Source: a virus (taxonomy: Duplodnaviria; Caudoviricetes). From it: 61,150 bases of DNA. The notes below the pieces were generated by a model. It saw only the letters and a list, made by a program, of their open reading frames with translations, had not been told where the DNA came from and did no database searches. The stretch lies in the IMG/VR virus record IMGVR_UViG_3300031704_000002, positions 1 to 61,150 of that record, one strand, 5' to 3'. The position numbers and the translations under genes are program-made. Positions 17,652-26,678 of this stretch are shown here, in pieces (the stretch's first letter is position 1; each line of letters starts with the position of its first letter).

Positions 17652-19891
17652 CAGTAGCCTCCTGTTACTGCTACGGTCCATCCGCGTGACCGTAGCGTGT
17701 CGATTGCTGCCTCACCAGCAGCGGACGGTGCCGATCCGCCCGACTGATCGAACACACGTGTTCCTGCCGCAATACCGGATGCAACAAGCGACACTAGGAT
17801 GTTGTCGATGCTGGTTTGCGTCAGTGCGGTGTTGTTAAATGCGCTGGAAAAGTCCCCGCCTTTTATATTGTCGAAGGCATTAGCTGGGAAGCTGGTCAGG
17901 CTGGTGCAGTCGCGCCACGCTAACGCAAAGCTAGTCCCCGAAGACGTGTCGATTAGGGGGAAACTGGTGAGGCTTGAGCAACGCAACCACGCTATCGCAA
18001 AGATATTCCCCGAAGACGTGTCAATAAGAGGGAAACTGGTGAGGCTGGTGCAGTCCTGCCACGCTCGCCCAAAGCCAGTCCCAGAAGATGTGTCGATGAG
18101 CGGGAAACTCGTTAGGCTGGAGCAGTCGCGCCACGCTCCCCGAAAGTTAGTCCCCGAAGATGTGTCGATGAGCGGGAAACTGGTGAGGCTGGTGCAGTCC
18201 TGCCAAGCAAAAGAGAAATTAGTCCCTGCTGACGTGTCGATCAGAGGGAAGCTGGTGATTTCCGACCAATCTCTCCAGTAAGACTCAAAGTCGGTCACAG
18301 CCCCATAGCTGGCCGTTGCACCTTCCCCTACAAAGTAAGCCTCCGTCGCAGCAGCATCCCCCGCACTCAAAGCCCCGTTGCGGATTAACTGCCCCACGAG
18401 TGCGGTGCCGGGGAAATACTGCCCGTCCCTGCCGCCAATCTCATACGGACCAGCAGGAATGTTCACGCCGTAGCTTGCTGTGCCTTGGTCCGTGCCGAGA
18501 ACCATTGTGCCAGTAAACCCGCCCGTTGGTACTGTCACGGACAGGCGGTCATCCACCTTGTCCAGCGTGGCGCGGGCGGGACCAGTCTGGTATGTCGGAC
18601 GCGCCGCAGCCGTGGCCTGCGTGGCGTGGTTGCCGTTGCCTGATTTGTCCAGCATCAGCCCAACAGGTTGTCCCGCCGTTGTGACGGGCGTGGTGCCTGC
18701 GCTATCTTGGAACAGCGTGGACAGGTCGGATGGACCGTACCATGCACCTGCCTCGCTTCCCGTGAACACGTCAGCAGGGGTGAACACGCCGTCCTGCACC
18801 GTCACGCTCACGCTGTCCTGCGCGTCGGGTGACACGCCGTTGCTTGCTGTCTCCGAGTACTCCAGAACTTCACCGACAGACGCTTCCTCCGGTATAGTAT
18901 AGTCGAGACCAGAAAGGTTCGCCGTAACGTCAACGCCATCAAGCGTAAGCGTAGGTGTCAAAGTAGGTGCAGGCGACCCGGAGTAGATGCCTTCAACGAT
19001 TGTCACTGTGCTACCCTGTGCCGGATCGCCGGTGATCTGCGGGGCGGAGGTGATCGTCGGCGCGAATGCCTTGAGACCTGCCTGTCCCCAGTTTAAGAGG
19101 TCTGTAAATTCAGACGCTGTCAGACCGCGACTGATCTCCATTCCTCGCGCTATTTCTACCTTGGCAAAAGTATCTTCGCTAAACACACCTTTGTTGCCAA
19201 ACAATTGGCTAACTCCTGTTTGCCAGTCCGGATAGAAACTGACACCTGTTTCCGAGGCAACCAGAGTTCCGTCGATCCAGAGTTTAAGAGTGCCGCTCGG
19301 TATGTCGCCCTCTACGATGATCACCATGTCAAGCGGCGGATCATATGTCGGACTGGGTGCATCGAGAACATCTGTACTGGTGTTGTCAATCTGGAACCGG
19401 ACAGGGGAAAACGAACCTTGCGGCGCATAGATAATCCTTAGTCCGTCATTAAGATCATGGGCAGTCCAGACAGGGTTGGTGTTTCCGTTTGTGTCCAGCG
19501 ACCTGATTGCAAAACATGCGGTGAAAACATCCTTGCCTGTGAAGTCTCGGGTCACGCTCGTCAGTTTATCACTGATACCGTCCGAAAGTATCGTTCGACG
19601 GTTACCCACAATCTGCAGCCTCGGACGGTCGGCGAGTACCTCCGTGCTGTGATCCACCCCGTTCGTGCTTCCGCTGTTATCTTTCCAAAGAGCCACGGGA
19701 TCGTCATGGGCCGTCGCCGGAATTGTCCCGGCATCATCTTGCCAAAGACTCGACGTAGCGTAGGCATCCACGACAAAGCCCTGATCGTTTGATGTATAGA
19801 GGGTCTGCGGGAACACAAGCACGCCGGATCGACCACTTCGGCTATAGAAAACGGGAGTAGAAGTCATGTTAAGTGCTGTCGTTAGTCTCAT
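17651..19891 (-). CDS. Putative virion adhesin: lectin-like domains plus 24-aa LRR-like (BspA/DUF285-like) repeats
   Basis: Two (L/W/F)QD.AGT.P.T...PV.L..D.SG modules; about six WxDCxSLTSFPLIDTSSG repeats. Confidence 0.7.
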   Translation of the reverse strand: MRLTTALNMTSTPVFYSRSGRSGVLVFPQTLYTSNDQGFVVDAYATSSLWQDDAGTIPATAHDDPVALWKDNSGSTNGVDHSTEVLADRPRLQIVGNRRTILSDGISDKLTSVTRDFTGKDVFTACFAIRSLDTNGNTNPVWTAHDLNDGLRIIYAPQGSFSPVRFQIDNTSTDVLDAPSPTYDPPLDMVIIVEGDIPSGTLKLWIDGTLVASETGVSFYPDWQTGVSQLFGNKGVFSEDTFAKVEIARGMEISRGLTASEFTDLLNWGQAGLKAFAPTITSAPQITGDPAQGSTVTIVEGIYSGSPAPTLTPTLTLDGVDVTANLSGLDYTIPEEASVGEVLEYSETASNGVSPDAQDSVSVTVQDGVFTPADVFTGSEAGAWYGPSDLSTLFQDSAGTTPVTTAGQPVGLMLDKSGNGNHATQATAAARPTYQTGPARATLDKVDDRLSVTVPTGGFTGTMVLGTDQGTASYGVNIPAGPYEIGGRDGQYFPGTALVGQLIRNGALSAGDAAATEAYFVGEGATASYGAVTDFESYWRDWSEITSFPLIDTSAGTNFSFAWQDCTSLTSFPLIDTSSGTNFRGAWRDCSSLTSFPLIDTSSGTGFGRAWQDCTSLTSFPLIDTSSGNIFAIAWLRCSSLTSFPLIDTSSGTSFALAWRDCTSLTSFPANAFDNIKGGDFSSAFNNTALTQTSIDNILVSLVASGIAAGTRVFDQSGGSAPSAAGEAAIDTLRSRGWTVAVTGGY

Positions 19892-19912
19892 TTCTCGACC
19901 TTTCTATTAATA

Positions 19913-20152
19913 TTAAGTTAATAGAGCGAAGATACCAACAGCTGATGTATTTGCCGCATTAAACCTTGAGACATTTGCTGTAATAAGAGTACCGCTACCT
20001 ACTTCTGCTTCAATGGTCTCTCCGGCACTGTCGAAAGAAACTACTCCACCTGCATTTACAAAGAAGCCTACACAGACATCCTCTGGAACGTAATCACCAT
20101 CACCTGTAGCTCTCCACTTGGGGGCTAAGCCTGATACTTTTGTTGCTTGCAT
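19913..20152 (-). CDS. Small hypothetical virion protein
   Basis: 79 aa, beta-rich, AAGGA RBS. Confidence 0.6.
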   Translation of the reverse strand: MQATKVSGLAPKWRATGDGDYVPEDVCVGFFVNAGGVVSFDSAGETIEAEVGSGTLITANVSRFNAANTSAVGIFALLT

Positions 20153-20203
20153 TTTTATTAATTCCTTTTCTTTTTGTTTGGTGGCACTAAACAGTATCAG
20201 AAC

Positions 20204-21541
20204 CTAGAAAGTAGAAGTCTTAACAACGCCTACACTACCGCTACGAATAGGGTAGTTATACTCTGTATAGTACCTAATAGCATCAGACCAGTGTTCGACC
20301 CCCTCGGTCTTATTGATTTGTGCTGTATCTGGGTTATTCTCTAGCCAAGACGTGCGCTCCATAGAACGAACAGTGTTAAGCATACGAGGGTGAAAGTACA
20401 TATTAACATTCCCGTTAGCGTTCTTAAGCTGAGCGTTAACTGCGTTAGTACTATCTATGATAGCTGGAGATGCCTCTCTAACCCTTACGGTTAGACCAGC
20501 CTTACGAAGAATACTGAAGTCGGTCTCCCCAGAGGCAGAGGTCTTACGACTCTTACCTGTAGGGTCCGGGTAGACGATTACCTTATGCCCATTCTTTACG
20601 TATTTACTTACGAGGGACTTAGCGACCGAATCAGTATCAGGATGGCCACTAAGTTCGTGCAGCCAATGCGTCTGATTACCACGGCGAGCGCCGATAGCTG
20701 AAGCCATAATACCGATGTTGAAGTCCATTGCAACATGAACATCTTCTCCTTTCTGGATGTCAGGTAGAGCAGAGTCTACGTGATCATTACGATTAAACAT
20801 ATAGAACAGGTTGTTACCAGAGTCTTTAAATGATGCTTCATACTCTCTTGCAAACTTAAGAGGGTCTAGAGTCATCTTAGCTCGTTGAATCTCATCAGGA
20901 TCTAGGTAGGGTGATTGTCTATAGTTAAAGTGGTAAGAACCCCAAGCGTTGTCATTCTCTTTCCTATTGAACATCTCATAGAAATAGTCATGACCCCTTG
21001 GTGTACTAATGACAATAGCACGACCGGGAAAAGGACTATTCCACTTCTTTTGCATCATAGGGGACCAACGAGTAGTAACACAAGGCTCGATTACCGACTC
21101 CCAGCTTTCCTTTAGGTTAGTACCTGCACCCTTCCAAGAACAGACCTCATCAAGAATAACAAGGTATTGTCCTGTACCACGCATACGCTCTGAAGCCTCG
21201 TAAGACCAGAGCTTAAGCATAACGTTGTTAGGGAGCCAAAACTGACCAGCAGATCTACTATGTTTAACAGCAAAGTCCTCTAGACCGAGCTGCCAAGCAA
21301 GCAGCGGATAGTAAATATCCACCACCTGCTGATAGGTAGGAGCAATAATAGCAACGTTCTTGTTAGGAACATCGGCTGGCATGTTAACTAGTTCTTGAAC
21401 TGCCTGTAGCGCCGTAGTGCCAGCGAAATAAGACTTACCCCAACCTCGGGCAGCGCAAACCACACCATAACGGTATTTTCCATCAACCATAACATCTTTA
21501 AACACTCTACTTTGACCGGGGTGTAGTTTAATACTTGGCAT
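20204..21541 (-). CDS. terL: Terminase large subunit
   Basis: LHPGQ, ARGWGKS Walker A, VILDE Walker B, ISTPRG, MDFN and HWSDAIRY nuclease motifs. Confidence 0.95.
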   Translation of the reverse strand: MPSIKLHPGQSRVFKDVMVDGKYRYGVVCAARGWGKSYFAGTTALQAVQELVNMPADVPNKNVAIIAPTYQQVVDIYYPLLAWQLGLEDFAVKHSRSAGQFWLPNNVMLKLWSYEASERMRGTGQYLVILDEVCSWKGAGTNLKESWESVIEPCVTTRWSPMMQKKWNSPFPGRAIVISTPRGHDYFYEMFNRKENDNAWGSYHFNYRQSPYLDPDEIQRAKMTLDPLKFAREYEASFKDSGNNLFYMFNRNDHVDSALPDIQKGEDVHVAMDFNIGIMASAIGARRGNQTHWLHELSGHPDTDSVAKSLVSKYVKNGHKVIVYPDPTGKSRKTSASGETDFSILRKAGLTVRVREASPAIIDSTNAVNAQLKNANGNVNMYFHPRMLNTVRSMERTSWLENNPDTAQINKTEGVEHWSDAIRYYTEYNYPIRSGSVGVVKTSTF

Positions 21542-21547
21542 GCTCTA

Positions 21548-21910
21548 TTATCCTACAACCGGTTCTGAAGACCAGTAGTCCCAAAGACTGTCTTGTCTAT
21601 TGTCTGTCTCTACGAACTCGTTTTTGTGTACTCTTTGTTTCCCTACTTTTTTAAACTCACTATACACTTTAGGTCTCCTATACTCGTATTCATGAACAGA
21701 GGTTTCAGAATCAGAAGTAGCCATAGCGCTGTAATGAGATAAGAGCTTATTATGATGGTTCTTTTCTACAGTAATAACAACAGGACTCTCTAATGCCTCT
21801 TTCCAAGGGAAGAACTCAAAGAACACAGACCCACCAATAGAGCCTGTTGGGTCCCTACGCATAATCAATTCGGCTATAAGATCGATGGTTTTCACACTTT
21901 TAAGCTCCAT
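21548..21910 (-). CDS. Hypothetical protein
   Basis: MELKSVK start overlapping the upstream stop. Confidence 0.5.
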   Translation of the reverse strand: MELKSVKTIDLIAELIMRRDPTGSIGGSVFFEFFPWKEALESPVVITVEKNHHNKLLSHYSAMATSDSETSVHEYEYRRPKVYSEFKKVGKQRVHKNEFVETDNRQDSLWDYWSSEPVVG

Positions 21911-22130
21911 AATAGTCCCTTTCGTTGTTTTCATACACTACATCGTACTCAAGGTTTATTCCATACGCCCTAACTTCCCAACTACGACCATGTGCTTTTC
22001 TACTTTTACGGGTCATGGAAATAGCTTTTTTAGCTGCTGCTTGACTCTCATAGATACCGAGTTGTTTAACTGTATTATAGTCATCAGCGGGTGATCGATA
22101 GAACACTCTGTATATAGTTTCAAAACTCAT
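21900..22130 (-). CDS. Hypothetical protein
   Basis: 76 aa ORF in operon. Confidence 0.55.
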   Translation of the reverse strand: MSFETIYRVFYRSPADDYNTVKQLGIYESQAAAKKAISMTRKSRKAHGRSWEVRAYGINLEYDVVYENNERDYYGA

Positions 22131-22261
22131 CTAATACTTTCCTTCCTTTATCTGTTAGAGAAGCAAAACCTACATGAAGGTGCCATCTAACTAGGTCTTC
22201 TCGCATAAGCTGACAGAACTCCCATGAACTATAGAACCTCTTATGGACCTTAGGTTCAGAA

Positions 22262-23023
22262 TCAGAACTCGTAGCTAGCGTTAATAGTCGTTTCTTTCTT
22301 AGAGGTCTCATCCTCAGAGAATCTTCCATCTGAATCTGAATCTGAATCTGAATCCGAGTCATTGTTGTCTTTTTCACCGAGATCAAGTTTAATAATAGTT
22401 GGAGCCTTTTCATTGATGTCCAACTCTTGCTTATCAGGTACCATACGATAACCATACCGCTGGAGATCCTTAATGATGGTCTGTTTGATCTGTAGCATAC
22501 CGTTATACTGGTGTGATCCACGAGGAACTGTATACTCATACCTATCAGGGTCGTCTGTAGGAGCGTTACGAGCTTTATCAGTCTTCTTAACTCTCACAGC
22601 AGAAAGATCTCTGTTAATCTGCTTATAGAGTTTGATCATCTCAACCATAGGATCGAAGTTAAGCTCTTCTAGCTTACCAGCAGCATTAGAGGGATCGATC
22701 TTCACATTCTTAGAGCCTTTAGGTCTACCGCCTTTATTGAATCTACGATTGTTTTCAAAGTCCCAATCACCGTTATCTACGGCATTGATCTTATCTTCCA
22801 TAGCTGCACGAGCAGCCTGCTCTGTATTCCATCTAGTTTCGTTTTCAGTACCTTCTTCCCCACTGAATAAAGGAGGATTCTCTCTCCCTTCACACCCTAC
22901 GTGGCTCATCTTGTCTTTTTCTGAAACATGGTTCTTTTTTGGCTTAGGACTCCCCGGCGGAAGACCATCTTTGCGAGGTCGACCACGAGGACGCTTAGGT
23001 TTGTCATCTTTATTATCAGACAT
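22262..23023 (-). CDS. Terminase small subunit-like DNA-binding protein
   Basis: AT-hook KRPRGRPRK, GGRPKGSKN, FDPMVEMI motifs; upstream of terL. Confidence 0.6.
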   Translation of the reverse strand: MSDNKDDKPKRPRGRPRKDGLPPGSPKPKKNHVSEKDKMSHVGCEGRENPPLFSGEEGTENETRWNTEQAARAAMEDKINAVDNGDWDFENNRRFNKGGRPKGSKNVKIDPSNAAGKLEELNFDPMVEMIKLYKQINRDLSAVRVKKTDKARNAPTDDPDRYEYTVPRGSHQYNGMLQIKQTIIKDLQRYGYRMVPDKQELDINEKAPTIIKLDLGEKDNNDSDSDSDSDSDGRFSEDETSKKETTINASYEF

Positions 23024-23236
23024 GGTCTCTCCTTATCATTTATCTGTATGTTTACTATAGGAAAATAGGGAATGAAGACAGGGTACTAAATAGCTATTAA
23101 GTTTATTAAACAATAAAAAACCCATCTTAAGTTCCCTTAACTACATGATTTCATTAGATCTTTTTTAAAGATTCTATTAAAATAAAGACCAGATAAAATT
23201 ATCAATACCTTCATCGGGAGATTACTAAAAGACCCT

Positions 23237-23767
23237 TTATTCAGGTAAATAAAAAGGACCGACCTCTTTAGAGTAATCATCGAGAGATATGCTAAAGAAG
23301 GTTGTAGACTTCACAACAAAGTTTCTAATGCGTTCATCATAGCAAAGATGGTCTGTTACAGCAGTTAGAGTGCCTTTCTTTAATGAAAAGGTATCCTCTC
23401 CACCACTGATGACATATAGCCTAAACTCCTGTGGTCCGGGTGGTCTATTACCCTCGTTTTCATTGGCTTGCCAATCTAACTCACTAGTCTCTCCTCTAAC
23501 CGAGTGATAGATCTCTAGAGAAAGAAAAGAACAAGCCCTCTTGATAAAAGACACATCAACAATGAAACTCTTTTCTTTTACCCCGAAATGAGGGTTATCT
23601 AGCCTTACCTTCGAATAAGGCTCACTTATCCTGTAGGGAAGGTTGTAGTAGTTATAAGAGCTGTAGAGAGCACTAGTTACAGCAATACTAAAAATCAAAA
23701 ATACCAGTCTTATAAACCAAGTTTTCAATGTAGTATTATATTTATATTTATATTCATATTTGGTCAT
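23237..23767 (-). CDS. Hypothetical membrane-anchored protein
   Basis: N-terminal TM helix; start overlaps the upstream stop. Confidence 0.55.
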   Translation of the reverse strand: MTKYEYKYKYNTTLKTWFIRLVFLIFSIAVTSALYSSYNYYNLPYRISEPYSKVRLDNPHFGVKEKSFIVDVSFIKRACSFLSLEIYHSVRGETSELDWQANENEGNRPPGPQEFRLYVISGGEDTFSLKKGTLTAVTDHLCYDERIRNFVVKSTTFFSISLDDYSKEVGPFYLPE

Positions 23768-24057
23768 TGTCCTATAAGTCCTCCTCTGGAGACCCAAGTC
23801 CAGACAGAAGCTATAAATGCCCCGCCAAGGATCCAGAAAAATCTGTTCCAACCTGTTCTCATCCTATCATCATTCTCTTTAATAGCATAATTAGTCTGTG
23901 CTAAGAGTTCTGTAAGAGTTTTGATCTGGGATTTCATAGTTGTTTCAGTTATTTCCATTTCTCTAACTTTTAGTTCAGTTAGTTCTATTTTTCTTTTTTG
24001 TTCCTCTACTGCTCTACATAAAGCTCTTATTTCATAGCTTTGCTTTTCTTCATTCAT
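23764..24057 (-). CDS. Coiled-coil membrane protein (XhlA-like architecture)
   Basis: Coiled coil plus C-terminal TM helix. Confidence 0.55.
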   Translation of the reverse strand: MNEEKQSYEIRALCRAVEEQKRKIELTELKVREMEITETTMKSQIKTLTELLAQTNYAIKENDDRMRTGWNRFFWILGGAFIASVWTWVSRGGLIGQ

Positions 24058-24059
24058 CC

Positions 24060-24700
24060 TAGGATCCTCTCTTTAGATTTGAGGTCTAAGGCTCTGTTAA
24101 ATTATTTATTAACAAATAATCAACAAACAACAGTCCTTTCGATTCAAGGGAAGACCCTTTAGGGTCTCTTCTTAGCATCTACTGACTCCGATCTCGTCAG
24201 TAAGGTTCCTAGTTAGAATCCTTTAGGGTTTCTTTTTACCCTCTTCTTTAACGTCACCTATTTTATTTCTTTACTTTCAATTGTTTATCTACTATAAAAC
24301 TGTAAGTTTTGTTAAAAAAGGTAAGATCCTCTTAGGATCCCTAGTTAGGATCCTACCTTAAGTCTCTGTTAAAGTATTTATTAACAAATAATCAACAAAC
24401 AACAATGCTTTCGATTCAAGGGAAGACCCTTTAGGGTCTCTTCTTAGCCTCCACTGACTCCGATCTCGTCAGTAAGGCCCCTAGTTAGGACCCCTATTTA
24501 GGGGTTTTCCCCCTTCTTTAACGTCACCTATTTTTTCTCTTTACTTTCAATTGTTTATCTACCTTAAACTATGACTTTTGTCAAAAAAGATAAGATCCTT
24601 TAGGGTTTCTTTTTACCCTCTTCTTTAACGTCACCTATTTTTTCTCTTTACTTTCAATTGTTTATCTACCTTAAACTATGACTTTTGTCAAAAAAGATAA
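24060..24700 (-). repeat. Tandem promoter/hairpin array with three class A promoters (24241, 24511, 24618)
   Basis: Repeated cttctttaacgtcacctatttt, ttactttcaattgtttatctac and actgactccgatctcgtcagtaagg blocks. Confidence 0.9.
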
Positions 24701-24701
24701 G

Positions 24702-24768
24702 AAAAAAAAAAAAAAGGGGGTATGACCCCCACCCCATCCCAATTAAGGGACAGGATGGGGGTTCATGA
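24702..24768 (-). terminator. Rho-independent terminator
   Basis: Long GC-rich hairpin (ACCCCCATCC..TCCC TTAATT GGGA..GGGGTGGGGGT) followed by T14 on the minus strand. Confidence 0.75.
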
Positions 24769-24963
24769 GTAAGGTCTCTTCATACCAGAGAGCTCCAGAG
24801 TGTACCCCTCTGGTGACTCCTCTAAGCTCTGGATACCCACCCTACTAGAAGAGTGAACCCATGTCTCTACGGTCTCCTTTGAGGCACTTTACCATAGTTG
24901 ATCGGTAACTTCAGTAAGAGGGCCACATACTAATGCTAGCCTCTTGTTCCTCATTGAAGAGCC

Positions 24964-25176
24964 TTATCTGCTCCTCAAAAAAATGCTCGTAGGATCGTAC
25001 AAGGATCTGACGGTATCTAAGACAATAGAGACAGATAGAACGATAAACACAACAGTTAGGACAAAATAGATGACTCTTTTACTATCCTTCTCGTATCCTT
25101 CGAAGAGCTTGTTCCCCGTTAAAACCAAATAGGTACCTGCTAAGACAATTGCCAGATAGAAGATAGCAGTAAGCAT
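24964..25176 (-). CDS. Small membrane protein
   Basis: Two TM helices. Confidence 0.55.
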   Translation of the reverse strand: MLTAIFYLAIVLAGTYLVLTGNKLFEGYEKDSKRVIYFVLTVVFIVLSVSIVLDTVRSLYDPTSIFLRSR

Positions 25177-25193
25177 AGCTTATTTTCCTTTTC

Positions 25194-25754
25194 TTAGTAG
25201 GAGAGACCGGTTTTCATGTTGCGGATGACTTCTGCCTCCCTCGCCATATAAGTCATAATGACAGACCATTGTATCCGAATTTCTGTAGTAGGGGCATTCA
25301 GAATGTTATGGAAAGCGAACTCAACATGACGATCTACAGACAGAGCAGCTTCTTCAAGTGCAGCATTACGCTCCCTGTCAAGGATAGTCCTAAGTTTTTT
25401 CTCCTCTTCAAGTTCAGCTTCTTCTGCCCCATATTCGTCTGCTTCAAGTTCAGCTTCTTCAGGGTTCATGCTCATGAAGATTGGGCTGTTGCCATCAATG
25501 ACGAAAAAGTCTTGATATTCCTCCTCAGGTACATCAACAATCATATCTTCACCGAGAACAATACTATCAGGCTTACAAGTGCATTTGTATTGGTATCGGT
25601 ATTGGTAGGGGGTGGCATTTTGCGGTTTGTTCATTTTAGAATTCTTCTTATCCTTAGTTTCAGCTTCAAGTTCGTCTTCTTCATCCCAGTAGATCTTTTC
25701 CGCAAAGTAGAGATCATCATCTGGATTGGTATGAGTGCGCTGGTTATTTTCCAT
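25194..25754 (-). CDS. Acidic hypothetical protein
   Basis: MENNQR start; RNAALEEAA motif. Confidence 0.5.
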   Translation of the reverse strand: MENNQRTHTNPDDDLYFAEKIYWDEEDELEAETKDKKNSKMNKPQNATPYQYRYQYKCTCKPDSIVLGEDMIVDVPEEEYQDFFVIDGNSPIFMSMNPEEAELEADEYGAEEAELEEEKKLRTILDRERNAALEEAALSVDRHVEFAFHNILNAPTTEIRIQWSVIMTYMAREAEVIRNMKTGLSY

Positions 25755-25971
25755 TTTTAGCGTCCTTACTGGTTTGGTGTTGAGCTTTTTCATAGCCTGC
25801 AAAGAAGGCTCTTCTTATGATACTATAGGTCGGTGAGGACTCTATAGTCTCTCTTACTGAGTCATCTGGCCTGAAATGAGATCCGTGGAACTCATCCCAG
25901 TACCATTCTTCAAAGAGCTGGTTTATTTGGGGTAACACGACTAGCACCTCCTCCGGGTCCAGAGGGTCCAC
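25744..25971 (-). CDS. Hypothetical protein
   Basis: FEEW...AFFAGY motif common in small phage proteins. Confidence 0.5.
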   Translation of the reverse strand: MDPLDPEEVLVVLPQINQLFEEWYWDEFHGSHFRPDDSVRETIESSPTYSIIRRAFFAGYEKAQHQTSKDAKNGK

Positions 25972-26678
25972 CGCCGCCCCCTTTAAAAAAAGCGATGATG
26001 ACGATAATAGCTATTATCGTGACAAAAAAGTCCATTATTTGTCTCCTTTAAGTTCTTTCGTTACGCTATCAGAGCAAGAATCTTTGAGAGCATCAGCCTT
26101 TTCTGTTGTTTCTTCCTGTCTCTCCTTTATTCTTTGAGATTCTCGAACAAATCTTACTGCTACGTTGAACAGAAAGATCCCCCCAAAGAGGAATAGCGCG
26201 GTCTCTAACATCCCCTTTTTTTTTTTTTCCTTTCGATTGTTAGGTGAACCTTTTTCCGAGTTTTCGTTTGGTTGCTTTAGAGCCGTCTGCTGTAGTGCAT
26301 CGACCCCAAGATTTTCCTTTAGACACCGGCCCTTTAAGCTTCTGATAGGGAAGGGTGTTATTGCCGCCTGAAGCCGCTGTCTTGAGCGTACGTACACCGG
26401 TTTTGTTCATAACTGGTACTGTTTCCATTGTGTAGTCCTTCTTCTAGTTTGTCTATAAGTCTGATCTCAGACGCTTTCATGTTGTATAGGATTTTCCTTT
26501 TATCAAAAGCGCGCCTAGCCCCACCAGCATCAGCCAACCCGCTGCGGGAAGAGGAACAGGCGCGGGCAGCATGCGCGTCAATCTCAGGGCTTATTTGGGC
26601 GGCGTACAGCTTGGCCGTCTCGGTGATGTTCATTTCTCTTTCTTCCTGTGGTAATGGGGGCGCTTGGCCCCGTTGAGT

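Noticed and set aside
17800-18290. Diversity-generating retroelement target
   Set aside because: No reverse transcriptase or template/variable repeat pair seen in the window.
24060-24700. CRISPR array
   Set aside because: Intervening sequences are themselves repeated rather than unique spacers; no cas genes.
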